A stretch of 64,000 nt of DNA. It comes from a virus (Duplodnaviria > Heunggongvirae > Uroviricota > Caudoviricetes). This document shows positions 55,142 to 64,000 of the stretch, piece after piece; within the stretch, counting starts at the first letter, position 1; each line of letters opens with the position of its first letter. Under the pieces are notes generated by a model, which saw only the letters and a list, made by a program, of their open reading frames with translations, had not been told where the DNA came from and did no database searches. Location of the stretch: IMG/VR virus record IMGVR_UViG_3300031998_000007, one strand, 5' to 3'. The position numbers were made by a program, and so were the translations under genes.

Positions 55142-56668
55142 TTAAGACGCCTTTCTGCCTGTAAGCAAGTTGTTGGAAGTCCCTGGGCGGAGGTTTCCGG
55201 CAGAACCGGGAGACACCTGCTCGATGGACGGATCCACCGGGACGCGCTTGCCACCACCGCCACCGGCGCGGAGGGCACGCTGCTCTTCCATTTCCTGCTT
55301 CACGAGTACCTGCCACTGCTCCTCTTCCTCCGGCGTAGTAGCCTGCCACCGCATGGTGGTGAAGTCGCACTTCGTGGAGAAGGACTTGCCCGCCGGTCCG
55401 AAACGGCTTTTCAGGATGATGTTCATGCGGAAACAGTTCTCGTTCATCGCGTCGTTACTGGTGAGCGAATAGATAAGGTCGGCGGTGTTGTTGTAGCCGC
55501 TGGAACCTTCCACGTTCTCCATGCCCGCGAAGATGTTGTGATAGCCCGTCCTGTTGAACTGGACCGCGGAAAGCACCGCGATACGGCGCTTCTTCGCGAT
55601 GTCGCGGAGCTGTTCGCACTTTTCCACGCCATCCTGGAACATGTTGTTTCCGTTGGCGCCACCCTTGTTCGGCTTAGCGATGCCGAGGTAGTCAACGATG
55701 AGCAAATCGACCTTGCGTCCGGTAGCCGCCTCGATTTCGTCGAGGTATGTGTTAATCTCTTCCGGCGTGGTCGTGGTCGGCAAGTCGAGGATGCGGAACA
55801 TGCCATACGGCTTCCCGATCTTCGCGCTGACCATCGTCGCATAGTCGTTGAGTTCCTGCGCGACCTCTTCCTCGTTGCGGCCGAAGAACTCCCAGTGCGG
55901 CTTGCCGGTAACGTTCGCGGCAAGACGGTTCCAGATTTTCTCCTCGCCCATTTCAAGGGTGATATAGACCACGTTGTAACCGTTCTCTATCGCAAAGGCG
56001 CCTTCCGACACCATGCACAGGGTCTTACCCTTGTTAGGCTGGCCGAAAATAAGAGAAACCGCGGCGCGGTAATACCCGCCGTGGAACTTGCCCGGGTCAC
56101 GGTTCTGGTTTGTGAAAATCGAGAGCGCGGAAATGCGTGTCGGAATACTTTCTTCCGGGTTGTTCAGGCGCCGCATCATCTCGACGGCATCCTGGATGAA
56201 CTCCTGGCCGATGTTGGTGGAGAGCGAAAACGCGAGGACCCGCTGGACTTCCGGTATCATCGCCCGGACGGCATCCATCTCGTGGTTGTGCCAGTGCTCC
56301 GCCTGCTTGACCAAAATCCCGTGGAATTTCTTTTCCCTGTAAAAACTCTCAATCATGTCGGAACAATACTTGTCGTCCATCTTCTGCAGGGGAGACCCGC
56401 AGATGAACTTCAACCTGTCCCTGACCTCGCCCCCTATCCCGACCGGTTCCAGGCTCGTGTAGATTTCCTGCGAGTTCGGGAGCTTATTGTACTTCTTGAT
56501 AAACGTGCGGATTAGCTTGACAAGCGACTTGTTCCCATTATTGTCGAACAAGCCCACATCGAGAATCGGCAACATCGCCCTGGCAACGGTAGGCCGTGCA
56601 AAGAACGTCTGCAATATGAGTTCCTCGCGGCCAAAATCCAGGACCTGTGGTTGAAAAACGTCTGGCAT
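55142..56668 (-). CDS. gp41: Replicative DNA helicase, T4 gp41/DnaB-like
   Basis: GQPNKGKT, YITLEM, IVDYLG, SAVQFNR, TAD, KSRFG. Confidence 0.93.
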   Translation of the reverse strand: MPDVFQPQVLDFGREELILQTFFARPTVARAMLPILDVGLFDNNGNKSLVKLIRTFIKKYNKLPNSQEIYTSLEPVGIGGEVRDRLKFICGSPLQKMDDKYCSDMIESFYREKKFHGILVKQAEHWHNHEMDAVRAMIPEVQRVLAFSLSTNIGQEFIQDAVEMMRRLNNPEESIPTRISALSIFTNQNRDPGKFHGGYYRAAVSLIFGQPNKGKTLCMVSEGAFAIENGYNVVYITLEMGEEKIWNRLAANVTGKPHWEFFGRNEEEVAQELNDYATMVSAKIGKPYGMFRILDLPTTTTPEEINTYLDEIEAATGRKVDLLIVDYLGIAKPNKGGANGNNMFQDGVEKCEQLRDIAKKRRIAVLSAVQFNRTGYHNIFAGMENVEGSSGYNNTADLIYSLTSNDAMNENCFRMNIILKSRFGPAGKSFSTKCDFTTMRWQATTPEEEEQWQVLVKQEMEEQRALRAGGGGGKRVPVDPSIEQVSPGSAGNLRPGTSNNLLTGRKAS

Positions 56669-56746
56669 TTTGTATCTCTTTACGGTACAACCGGACGGCC
56701 CCGCAAGGACCGCCCGATTTTAACTCCACAGAAATATAGCAAAAAG

Positions 56747-58000
56747 CTATTCTTCAGAGACACCCGACTGTTCCATGGGAGGTTCAGCCGGACCGTAATC
56801 ATCATCGACGGACATCTTGTCGGCGTCGGTTGGGATATAGTCCTCGTCGGCATTGAACTCGCCGGTCCAGAGGGTCGGGGCCGTATACTTGAAGTTTTCC
56901 TTGACCCACTGGTTGATAGGATCGAGGATTGTGCCAATCGTTTCCTTGCGGCGGAGCTTCGTCTCGGGAACGACGAGCCAGGTCTTCGGGTCGCGGTTCG
57001 GGTCCTTCAAGACATAGCACTTCTTGCGGACAACCTGGCCGTTCGCGTCGCGGGCCGGTTCGAGGTCCGGGAAGTCCTTCTTCTTGTATTCGACGAGGAG
57101 GCCGGCAGCTTCGGCGAAACGCTGCAAGCCGTAGAAACGGTCAAGACCGTGCTTGTAGTCGAGATAGATAGGCACTTCGAGCTTGTCGCGGACAAAACGG
57201 CTCTTGATAATCTTCGCAATGAACACCACGCCCTGGATAACGCCGTTTTCAAACTTTTCGTAAGTCTTGCGCATGAGCATGATGATGGACGGGGAGTGCT
57301 GGCCGCCTTCGCCACCGGCGATGGTGGTCGGGTCACCGAACATCTGTCCGATCTGTGCATAGACGTGGTTCGTGACGAACACCGGGATGCCGAGGTTGCC
57401 GCAACGGTTCACGATGCCGCGATACATTTCGTTGAGGCGCTTGGCCTTGGTCTGGTCGGCGCTAATCTTTTCCTTGCTTGCATGGGCAAGGCTCTGGTTG
57501 GTAGAAAGCTGCCCCTGAGAGTCGATGATGATGCAGACCTTACGTTTCAGTTCGACGGAATCGCCGCGGTCCTTTTCGAGCTGGTCGAGAAGGCCGGCGA
57601 CAGAAATGAACAGCTGTTCGACCGTAGTGGCTTCCTTGATGAGCGAGAACTGGCCTTCGATGTAGCCGTTCTCCTCGATGAGCTTACGCTCGTTCATGCC
57701 TTCGTTTTCCGTGTCGTAGTGGAAAGCGTAGTAGCCTTCCTTCATCAACGGGCGGATGAACGTGTTCTTGCCGAGAACGGACTTACCGGTGCCCTTCTTA
57801 CCGGCAGCCATGATGAACGCGTTTCTCGGATAACCGCCGTAAATGTCACCGCACATGAGTGCGTTGAGTGCGTAGGAACCCGTGTCGAGGAAACCGAAGT
57901 CCGGGTGGTCAACCTTGGCGTCGACATACCGGTCGTGGGTCTTCATTCCGCGGCAGAAAGCGAAGTTGTCGTCTGCGACAGTAGCAGTTTTCTTTGCCAT
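56747..58000 (-). CDS. uvsX: UvsX/RecA-like recombinase
   Basis: DTGSYALNAL, GKKGTGKS, YDTE, IIDS, VTNHVY, KSRF. Confidence 0.93.
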   Translation of the reverse strand: MAKKTATVADDNFAFCRGMKTHDRYVDAKVDHPDFGFLDTGSYALNALMCGDIYGGYPRNAFIMAAGKKGTGKSVLGKNTFIRPLMKEGYYAFHYDTENEGMNERKLIEENGYIEGQFSLIKEATTVEQLFISVAGLLDQLEKDRGDSVELKRKVCIIIDSQGQLSTNQSLAHASKEKISADQTKAKRLNEMYRGIVNRCGNLGIPVFVTNHVYAQIGQMFGDPTTIAGGEGGQHSPSIIMLMRKTYEKFENGVIQGVVFIAKIIKSRFVRDKLEVPIYLDYKHGLDRFYGLQRFAEAAGLLVEYKKKDFPDLEPARDANGQVVRKKCYVLKDPNRDPKTWLVVPETKLRRKETIGTILDPINQWVKENFKYTAPTLWTGEFNADEDYIPTDADKMSVDDDYGPAEPPMEQSGVSEE

Positions 58001-58088
58001 ATCTTGTTATCTCCGTGATACAGTGTTTGGACTTGTTTTTACTAAAAATACCATTTTGGATTCGGGAATCCAAGGCCGGAACTGCCAT

Positions 58089-59006
58089 TTATTTTCCCGG
58101 AGGAGCCAACAGGTCAATTCCGCCCTGCAAACTCTCCCAGGCGCCCGAAAGCGACATTATCGGGGTCATGAAGACCGTCGTCTTGTCAAATGTCACCTTC
58201 TGGATAGGGAACCGCATCTCCCGGATGCGAAGCGGTTCCAGCGTCAGGACGACCATCGGGCGGTAATTCTTCGCCCCGCTAGTCTCCATGACGCCGGTGT
58301 GCCCAAATATCTCTATGTCGATGCGCCCGCCTACCGCGGAAACCACCCTGACCCCCAGCTTGCGGCCCGTCGGAAGCGCAAGCGCGAGGTCGGTGTCCGT
58401 CCCGGACCGGTCGATGAACAGCCGGCTCATGTCGGAACGCACCAGCTGCAGATAGTTCCGCAGGTCGAAGTAGCCGACGGCCTTCATCGTCCTCGGCATC
58501 TCCCTGGCGGCATAGACGTACCTTGCGATAACGGGAGTGAAGATGTGCCCGTTATCCTCGGCAAGCCGGGATGCGAGGCCGTTTATCGCCTCCACGTCCG
58601 GGTATGCGTCAACACCGACACGGAACGACGTCCCGTTCCGGTCATAGACCATCTGTCCGGGGCTGTTGCCCGTCTTGTACTTGCCGAAAAATGTCTTCCC
58701 GCCCAGCTTGAAGGAACTCGACGGGAAATGGTTCAACATGGTGACGAGGTCCGAGCTACGGCCGACCACTCCGGTGACCGACGCCTCGGTAATGACCATG
58801 TCAACGGAACGCCCGGTAACCCGGGTACCCGTCATGGTCTCGCCATACTCGTTCACCATGGAAAACCCTTCGCGGATTACGGTAGACGACAGCGGCTCGC
58901 CACCGCGGATCATGCCGAACTCCTCGGCGACTTTCCGCCAACCGGCCGAAGCACCGTCCATATAGACGATGTAGAACGACCCGACCCTCTGGACTATCCG
59001 CGCCAT
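58089..59006 (-). CDS. Hypothetical protein (305 aa)
   Basis: GAGGGG RBS; overlaps the end of the gp25-fusion gene. Confidence 0.7.
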   Translation of the reverse strand: MARIVQRVGSFYIVYMDGASAGWRKVAEEFGMIRGGEPLSSTVIREGFSMVNEYGETMTGTRVTGRSVDMVITEASVTGVVGRSSDLVTMLNHFPSSSFKLGGKTFFGKYKTGNSPGQMVYDRNGTSFRVGVDAYPDVEAINGLASRLAEDNGHIFTPVIARYVYAAREMPRTMKAVGYFDLRNYLQLVRSDMSRLFIDRSGTDTDLALALPTGRKLGVRVVSAVGGRIDIEIFGHTGVMETSGAKNYRPMVVLTLEPLRIREMRFPIQKVTFDKTTVFMTPIMSLSGAWESLQGGIDLLAPPGK

Positions 59007-61291
59007 CCGGTTCCCCTCTGCTTGAACGGAAGCCTGATGACCTGCCGGACGCCGGTGGGCATTATCAGGCCGAGCGTAATGACCATGCCGTTACCGCCCT
59101 CGTCAACGACGACGGACGAGTCGGGCATGGAAACCTCGACCCTCGGTTCGTGCTCGCGGAGCTCCCCGATGCACTCGGCAAGGATGTCGTCTTCCTCGCC
59201 ATCCATGAGGAGGTCGAAAATCTTGTCTTCCAGGGTCGTCCCGAAGGACGGCATGAACAGTCGCTCGCCCCTGCGCGTGAGCAGGATGCTGTACACATTC
59301 TGGATGAGCGAGTTGCCGTCGGTAATGTCAACGAACCCATCGAACGCGAAGTCCCTGGTGTATATGCCGCGGATGCCGACCTTGTTGGAACCGATCGTGC
59401 CCGGGACAATCTTGTCGGCCAGCTTGACCACGCGCATCTGCGGGTTGCCGTCAACATAGAAACGGCATGTGTCGTCGGTAAGGTCAATCTCGGAACCGTC
59501 CGCACGCTTCCCGCGCAGCACGGCAACGTAGTCGCCGTTCAGCCCGTCCGGGACAATCACGTCGATATACTTGTTGGAGCCGGAAACGATGAACGCCTCG
59601 GTCTCCGGGCGCTCCCCGCGCTGGCTTATGAACCAGAACGTATCGGAGAACACGCTGTCGTCAATCTCCGCGCCATCCTGGACGGTGAACCGGACAAGGG
59701 AGCCCGGCGCGGCATGCGGAACCTGCGGGGCAATCGCGAAAAGGTCCGGGTCCTCGACAGCCTTCGCGCCACCGCTGATGTCCATGTATGGCGGATGTTC
59801 GGACTCCGACGAAAGGACATAGGCCTTCCCGGTGCCCACATACATGACGGCAAAATCCATCGGGTAACGGTTGCTCTCGGTCATCCACCTGCGGATAACC
59901 GAGCCGGGTATCTGGACAGAAATGTAAGTGTCGGGTCCCCCGTCAAGTCCGGGGTTCCTTATGTCCGCGCTCGCGATGGGAACATCACTGATGAGGCCCT
60001 TCACGGTGTCGAGCGGCATGGAGTATTCCCACCCGGACGACTTCATCTGGTAAATGACGAGCGTACCCTGGCTACTGGTCATGCCGGTAACGAACAGGTT
60101 GAGGACTGCGCCCGCATCGTCAGTGGCGAGCGCAAGCGGAGGCGTAAAACCGAAGACGGCGACGGAACTCGAAGACACTTCGAGCTCGGTGTCCTTGCCA
60201 CGCGCAGTCCCGCCGGTGGCGGAAAACGCGGAGTCCCTCGTAGGGACTACCTTGACCGTGTTCACGGTGTGGTCATAGACGGTAGAGTTTTCCAGTATGG
60301 CCAGCGCATAGGCAGGCCAGTTCACCGGTATCGCCCGGGACGGGGCGGAACCGCAGAAACGGATCCCGTAGCCGCTGCCGGAACCGACGCCCGGCGGGCA
60401 GTCCAAGACGACCTTGTCATCGGTAACCACCTGCTTCACGGCAACGCATACGTCAAGTATCGGGCTGCCGTTATAGTCGGTGAGCATTACATAGTCGCCT
60501 TCACGGACAGACCTGCCCAACCCGGACACCTCGATAGACACGTCGTCGTCACCCGGCTCAATCGTGGCGTTCTGGAACGCGTAGGTGCACGGTGTCCACT
60601 TGGACGCCGTAGCCGAGGCCAGCGCGGAATAAGGCGCTGCCGGATTGGAATAGTGGCCGGTGGTATAGGTGAACCGGTTCGGCGTTGCCGGGTTGACCGA
60701 CACGCGGAAGGTTCCCATGTAGCGCTCTCCCGAAACACCCATGAGGTGGTCGGAAGTGTCCCCTTCCGGGATGCCGTAAATGCTAATCGCATCGCCGTCA
60801 TCGAAAGCATGGGGACCCTCGGTCACGACGGTGACGATGCCGCCCGCGCTAGACACGGACAGTATCGGGACGGAATGGTCCAGCTTCTCCACGAGGAACT
60901 GCGTGACAGTGTCCCCGGCAGAATGGCCGGAAAGCGTATCGGCCAGCGACACGGTCTCGCCCTTCTCGGTCCTGCCGGAAAGGGTAAGCTCGGCGACACC
61001 GCCGACAAACCCGACGATGACTTCGTTGTTGAACGCATCCGCGTCGGAACGCGGTGGCCTGAACGAGCTGTCCCAGTCGTCATAGCGGACATAGGAACCG
61101 TTGCCGGAACTACCAAATAGCCCGTAACCGGCCTTGCCGGAATACCCGTTCATCCCGGAGAAGTAGAAGAACGTCCGGGCGCGGTATTCGGCATCCGCAT
61201 CGGCGTTGGCCAGGGTGAGCTTGACGTAGTAGTCGTCACCCCGGTGCTCGCTATTGTTGACTGTCAGCTTAACGTATTCGGCCATAGCCAT
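58994..61291 (-). CDS. Baseplate wedge protein with a C-terminal gp25-like domain and a long N-terminal extension
   Basis: SLIQNVYSILLTRRGERLFMPSFG..IFD..HEPRV at the C-terminus; upstream beta-sandwich modules. Confidence 0.75.
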   Translation of the reverse strand: MAMAEYVKLTVNNSEHRGDDYYVKLTLANADADAEYRARTFFYFSGMNGYSGKAGYGLFGSSGNGSYVRYDDWDSSFRPPRSDADAFNNEVIVGFVGGVAELTLSGRTEKGETVSLADTLSGHSAGDTVTQFLVEKLDHSVPILSVSSAGGIVTVVTEGPHAFDDGDAISIYGIPEGDTSDHLMGVSGERYMGTFRVSVNPATPNRFTYTTGHYSNPAAPYSALASATASKWTPCTYAFQNATIEPGDDDVSIEVSGLGRSVREGDYVMLTDYNGSPILDVCVAVKQVVTDDKVVLDCPPGVGSGSGYGIRFCGSAPSRAIPVNWPAYALAILENSTVYDHTVNTVKVVPTRDSAFSATGGTARGKDTELEVSSSSVAVFGFTPPLALATDDAGAVLNLFVTGMTSSQGTLVIYQMKSSGWEYSMPLDTVKGLISDVPIASADIRNPGLDGGPDTYISVQIPGSVIRRWMTESNRYPMDFAVMYVGTGKAYVLSSESEHPPYMDISGGAKAVEDPDLFAIAPQVPHAAPGSLVRFTVQDGAEIDDSVFSDTFWFISQRGERPETEAFIVSGSNKYIDVIVPDGLNGDYVAVLRGKRADGSEIDLTDDTCRFYVDGNPQMRVVKLADKIVPGTIGSNKVGIRGIYTRDFAFDGFVDITDGNSLIQNVYSILLTRRGERLFMPSFGTTLEDKIFDLLMDGEEDDILAECIGELREHEPRVEVSMPDSSVVVDEGGNGMVITLGLIMPTGVRQVIRLPFKQRGTGWRG

Positions 61292-61294
61292 TCC

Positions 61295-63994
61295 TTAGAA
61301 GTCTAGCGTGTGTTCATCGTCGTTGAACTCATCGGCAAAATCATCACCAAAGTTGAGTCTTCCGGCGCCATCGTCGTCCAGTTCCTTCGGCGCGGGCGCT
61401 CCCTTCTTTGCGGTCGCGTCAGAAATCGTAGAAGACCAGTCATAAGTCTCCTCGGGCTGTGTCGGCTTTTCGGCAGACGGCTTGGCTTCCTGTGCCGGTG
61501 CCGGAGCTGCTTCCCCGTTTTTCTTCTGGAGCGCGAGCTTTCGTTCGGCCTTCATGCGGCGGATCTGTTTAAGGAGGGACTCCTCGTTTTCGTCGTTGTC
61601 GTTCGGCATCACGGAAGCAAGCCACTTGTCGTCATGCGCATTGCGGATGTTCCCGGCAGCGGCACCGGCACGGTCGATGTTGCGAACTTCCGTATTGAGA
61701 CGGCCGTCCGGCAGCGGCTTCGGCGTCGGACGCAAGCCAGGGATTGCAATGATTGCCTTGGACACGTTGTCTCGGTCAACTGCGTAGATGTGTTTCAGCA
61801 CATCGCCGAGGCCTTCGAGATTACCCGTCTTGAGGGGTTCACCGATTGCGGCCACCACACTATCGCCAAATCCATAGAGCTTACCAAGGAAGTTGTCAAT
61901 CAGGACACCAATCGGGCCCATGGACACGGTATGCGGCTCCTCGCTGTTGTAGTATTCGACACTCACCTCGAACAGACGGGCATATTCCGGTGAAGAGAGA
62001 ATTGTCGAGAGCGGAACAACCCCGTCCGAAAGCAGGTCACCGTCGATTGCACTGAGAACCGCGCCCATGCCCTTGTATGTACCGTTCACGACAGCCATGT
62101 CGAACAGTTCGAACATGATGCCATCGGCGGACGCGCGGCGCCTTGCCCGCTTGGTAGCATCCGCTTCCTCATCCAAGGAAGAATACATGTCAGCAGCAAT
62201 CTGCGCCAAATCGCCAAGCAATTCAGGATCGCTTTCGGTCATCTTCGTCCCGAGATCCGGCAGCTGGTCAATCCCGAGCACATCAAGAATACCGCTGCTC
62301 TCCTTGCCGCCGGTCAAATGGTCACGGTAGAACTTTTCGCGCTCCACCTGGTCGCGGTGCTTGTTCACGAACAGCGCACACACGAGGTCGTCATACCCAT
62401 CAACGGCGATTGTCTTCGGATCGGCATCCGAAAGCAATGCACCAAGGTTGCCGAGACTAATCTTTGCACCCAGTTTCTTGATTTCGCCGGAAAGCGCGAC
62501 CGCCTTTTCATCCGGCGTACCCTGGATGCCATCCATGACGGCCGTCTTGAACTCGCTGAGAGTCTTCCCGTTGTTCTCGTCGGAATTGTCCGGGCGGGTG
62601 GTCAAGTAGTCAGTAAGGTCGCTCTCGAACGCAACCAGGTCCCTGATTGCGCCGCTAACCCACTTGTTGTCGGTTGCGCCGAACTGACGTCCAAGGAGCA
62701 TGTACGGGAACATGTTACGGACACGGGCCGTCTCAAACTTGCCCCCGGCAAGCGCACCCTTGCGGTCTTCGACCTTCTGCACATAGGCATCCATCAGCTG
62801 CTCGCCACGTTCGGTAAGGCCCCAGTCGGCGATATACGGAATGCCAAGACGTTCACCGAGGCGGAACTTGGACGGATCGAAGAAACGCGTCACATACACG
62901 CCACGGCTATCGACCATCGCATGGATAGTTTCGGCAGCGAGCGTAGCGATTTCATCTTCATCGAGCGGGAGGTCCTTGTCATTTCCGGTAGAATGGAGTT
63001 CATGCTGGCCGGCACGGTACTTCCCGAACAGTTCCTTGTTCTCCTGGAAGACCTTGCTCTGCTGCAATTCAGGGAACTCCTTGAAAATACGGACCGCCGC
63101 ATCAAACACCTTGTTCTCGTTCGGAACGTTGATGATTTCGCGGAGAAGGTCGTCACCGCTCTCAATCGCGCCGTTCTTCATGGCCTCACTCATCTGGGCT
63201 TCCGCCGAGTCGGTCATCTCGTTCCCTTCCTTGCCGGTAGTGGCCATTTCCTCGACGGACACCGTCTTCTGCGGAGTCCTGAACCCGCTGGCCACACGAC
63301 CAAGCAGCTTCATGATAGCTCCCATCTTGGCTTCGGCATTCTTGCCAGTAAACGTAACCATGTATGGCGGCCGAACAGTAACGTTTTCCGAGCCGACGCT
63401 CAGATCAAGCAGTTCGCCCGCCCTTCCGCCGCGAAGCAAGTCAGCCATGACCTGCTGGCGAAGCATCTCGCCGTTCTTGCCCTCGCCAAATACTTCCTTC
63501 ACCGTATCGCCTGACATGCGGGCAATGTCGGAATAGACGCTTTCCCACTTTCCGTCAACGGACGAGGCCGCGTCGCCGAGGATGATGTTCTTGGAACCTG
63601 CGAGAATGCACTTTGCCGGAATTACCAGGCCCCAGCGAGGGAACCTGCGGTCGCCCGTGCGCTTTGCATCGGCCAAAAGGCCGATTGCATCAAATTCCGA
63701 ATGCGGCTTGCCCTGTTCGGCAAGATAATCCTTCGCCGTGCCGATGTCGCGGGAGAACACGAAGAACTGGACATGCTTGTTGTCGGTCCTGAACTCGCTC
63801 CGCATCTTCTGTCTGGCCTTCGCCGCGGACACATCGCCCATTCGGGCATACACGGAAGAATCAAAATCTTCCTCGGTAAACTTGCTAATGCTACCGGATT
63901 TCGCGGCAATCGCAGTTACTTCCGGGTGGCTCCCGTTCACTGCGGTAAGCGAGTTCATAGCGTCGGAACACATATCGAACATGTCGCCAAACAT
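61295..63994 (-). CDS. Large hypothetical protein (at least 899 aa), possibly truncated at the window edge
   Basis: Frame stays open to base 64000; helical, with an acidic tail ending TLDF. Confidence 0.75.
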   Translation of the reverse strand: MFGDMFDMCSDAMNSLTAVNGSHPEVTAIAAKSGSISKFTEEDFDSSVYARMGDVSAAKARQKMRSEFRTDNKHVQFFVFSRDIGTAKDYLAEQGKPHSEFDAIGLLADAKRTGDRRFPRWGLVIPAKCILAGSKNIILGDAASSVDGKWESVYSDIARMSGDTVKEVFGEGKNGEMLRQQVMADLLRGGRAGELLDLSVGSENVTVRPPYMVTFTGKNAEAKMGAIMKLLGRVASGFRTPQKTVSVEEMATTGKEGNEMTDSAEAQMSEAMKNGAIESGDDLLREIINVPNENKVFDAAVRIFKEFPELQQSKVFQENKELFGKYRAGQHELHSTGNDKDLPLDEDEIATLAAETIHAMVDSRGVYVTRFFDPSKFRLGERLGIPYIADWGLTERGEQLMDAYVQKVEDRKGALAGGKFETARVRNMFPYMLLGRQFGATDNKWVSGAIRDLVAFESDLTDYLTTRPDNSDENNGKTLSEFKTAVMDGIQGTPDEKAVALSGEIKKLGAKISLGNLGALLSDADPKTIAVDGYDDLVCALFVNKHRDQVEREKFYRDHLTGGKESSGILDVLGIDQLPDLGTKMTESDPELLGDLAQIAADMYSSLDEEADATKRARRRASADGIMFELFDMAVVNGTYKGMGAVLSAIDGDLLSDGVVPLSTILSSPEYARLFEVSVEYYNSEEPHTVSMGPIGVLIDNFLGKLYGFGDSVVAAIGEPLKTGNLEGLGDVLKHIYAVDRDNVSKAIIAIPGLRPTPKPLPDGRLNTEVRNIDRAGAAAGNIRNAHDDKWLASVMPNDNDENEESLLKQIRRMKAERKLALQKKNGEAAPAPAQEAKPSAEKPTQPEETYDWSSTISDATAKKGAPAPKELDDDGAGRLNFGDDFADEFNDDEHTLDF

Positions 63995-64000
63995 TTCGGC

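Noticed and set aside
56692-56715. GC-rich hairpin between uvsX and gp41 as a terminator
   Set aside because: Imperfect stem, no U tract, and it lies downstream of the gp41 promoter motif, so it is more likely leader structure
8964-63536. Many long plus-strand ORFs (e.g. 11008..13137, 13651..16128, 35651..37615, 47939..49867)
   Set aside because: They are antisense shadows of GC3-rich minus-strand genes, with unnatural V/L/R/H composition and no recognisable motifs
1-64000. Stop-codon reassignment (code 15 or 4), as seen in some large phages
   Set aside because: Core genes are full length in code 11, and TAG, TAA and TGA all end genes at sensible positions, with TAG frequent
1-64000. CRISPR array, tRNA, rRNA, integrase, transposase, intein, intron or DGR
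   Set aside because: Intergenic gaps are short; no spaced direct repeats, cloverleafs, reverse transcriptase or intein motifs were seen by eye. tRNAscan-SE and Infernal were not run

Overview
This window is 64 kb of a large, GC-rich, T4-like (myovirus-type) bacteriophage genome. Almost all genes are on the minus strand and use the standard code 11. In window order it holds: small acidic, probably head-packaged proteins; a glycosyltransferase/radical-SAM pair; tail fibre and baseplate genes interrupted by an HNH gene and a GT2-TPR gene; major capsid (gp23) directly beside portal (gp20); a putative hub protein with lysozyme-like and M15 peptidase motifs; an acidic scaffold-like protein; a metallophosphoesterase; a 1722-aa virion protein; a T4-type replication/recombination cluster (gp46, RNase H, dUTPase, UvsW, gp45, gp61, gp32, RuvC-like, gp41, UvsX); and a long gp25-fusion protein. 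Most notable observations: (1) Three unrelated GT-A glycosyltransferase domains each appear to carry Asn at the metal-binding Asp, and two of them are fused to DNA-binding HTH domains inside the replication cluster. (2) Five dispersed proteins share a 33-35 aa N-terminal segment ending in a hydrophobic-x-Glu site, suggesting a cleavable capsid-targeting leader; two are paralogues flanking a palindromic divergent promoter. (3) Three recurring upstream motifs (TATAAACT, AAACCTAGTTT, TTTGCTATATTT) sort genes by function. I saw no tRNA, rRNA, CRISPR array, integrase or transposase. All functional calls come from motif recognition by eye, not database searches.
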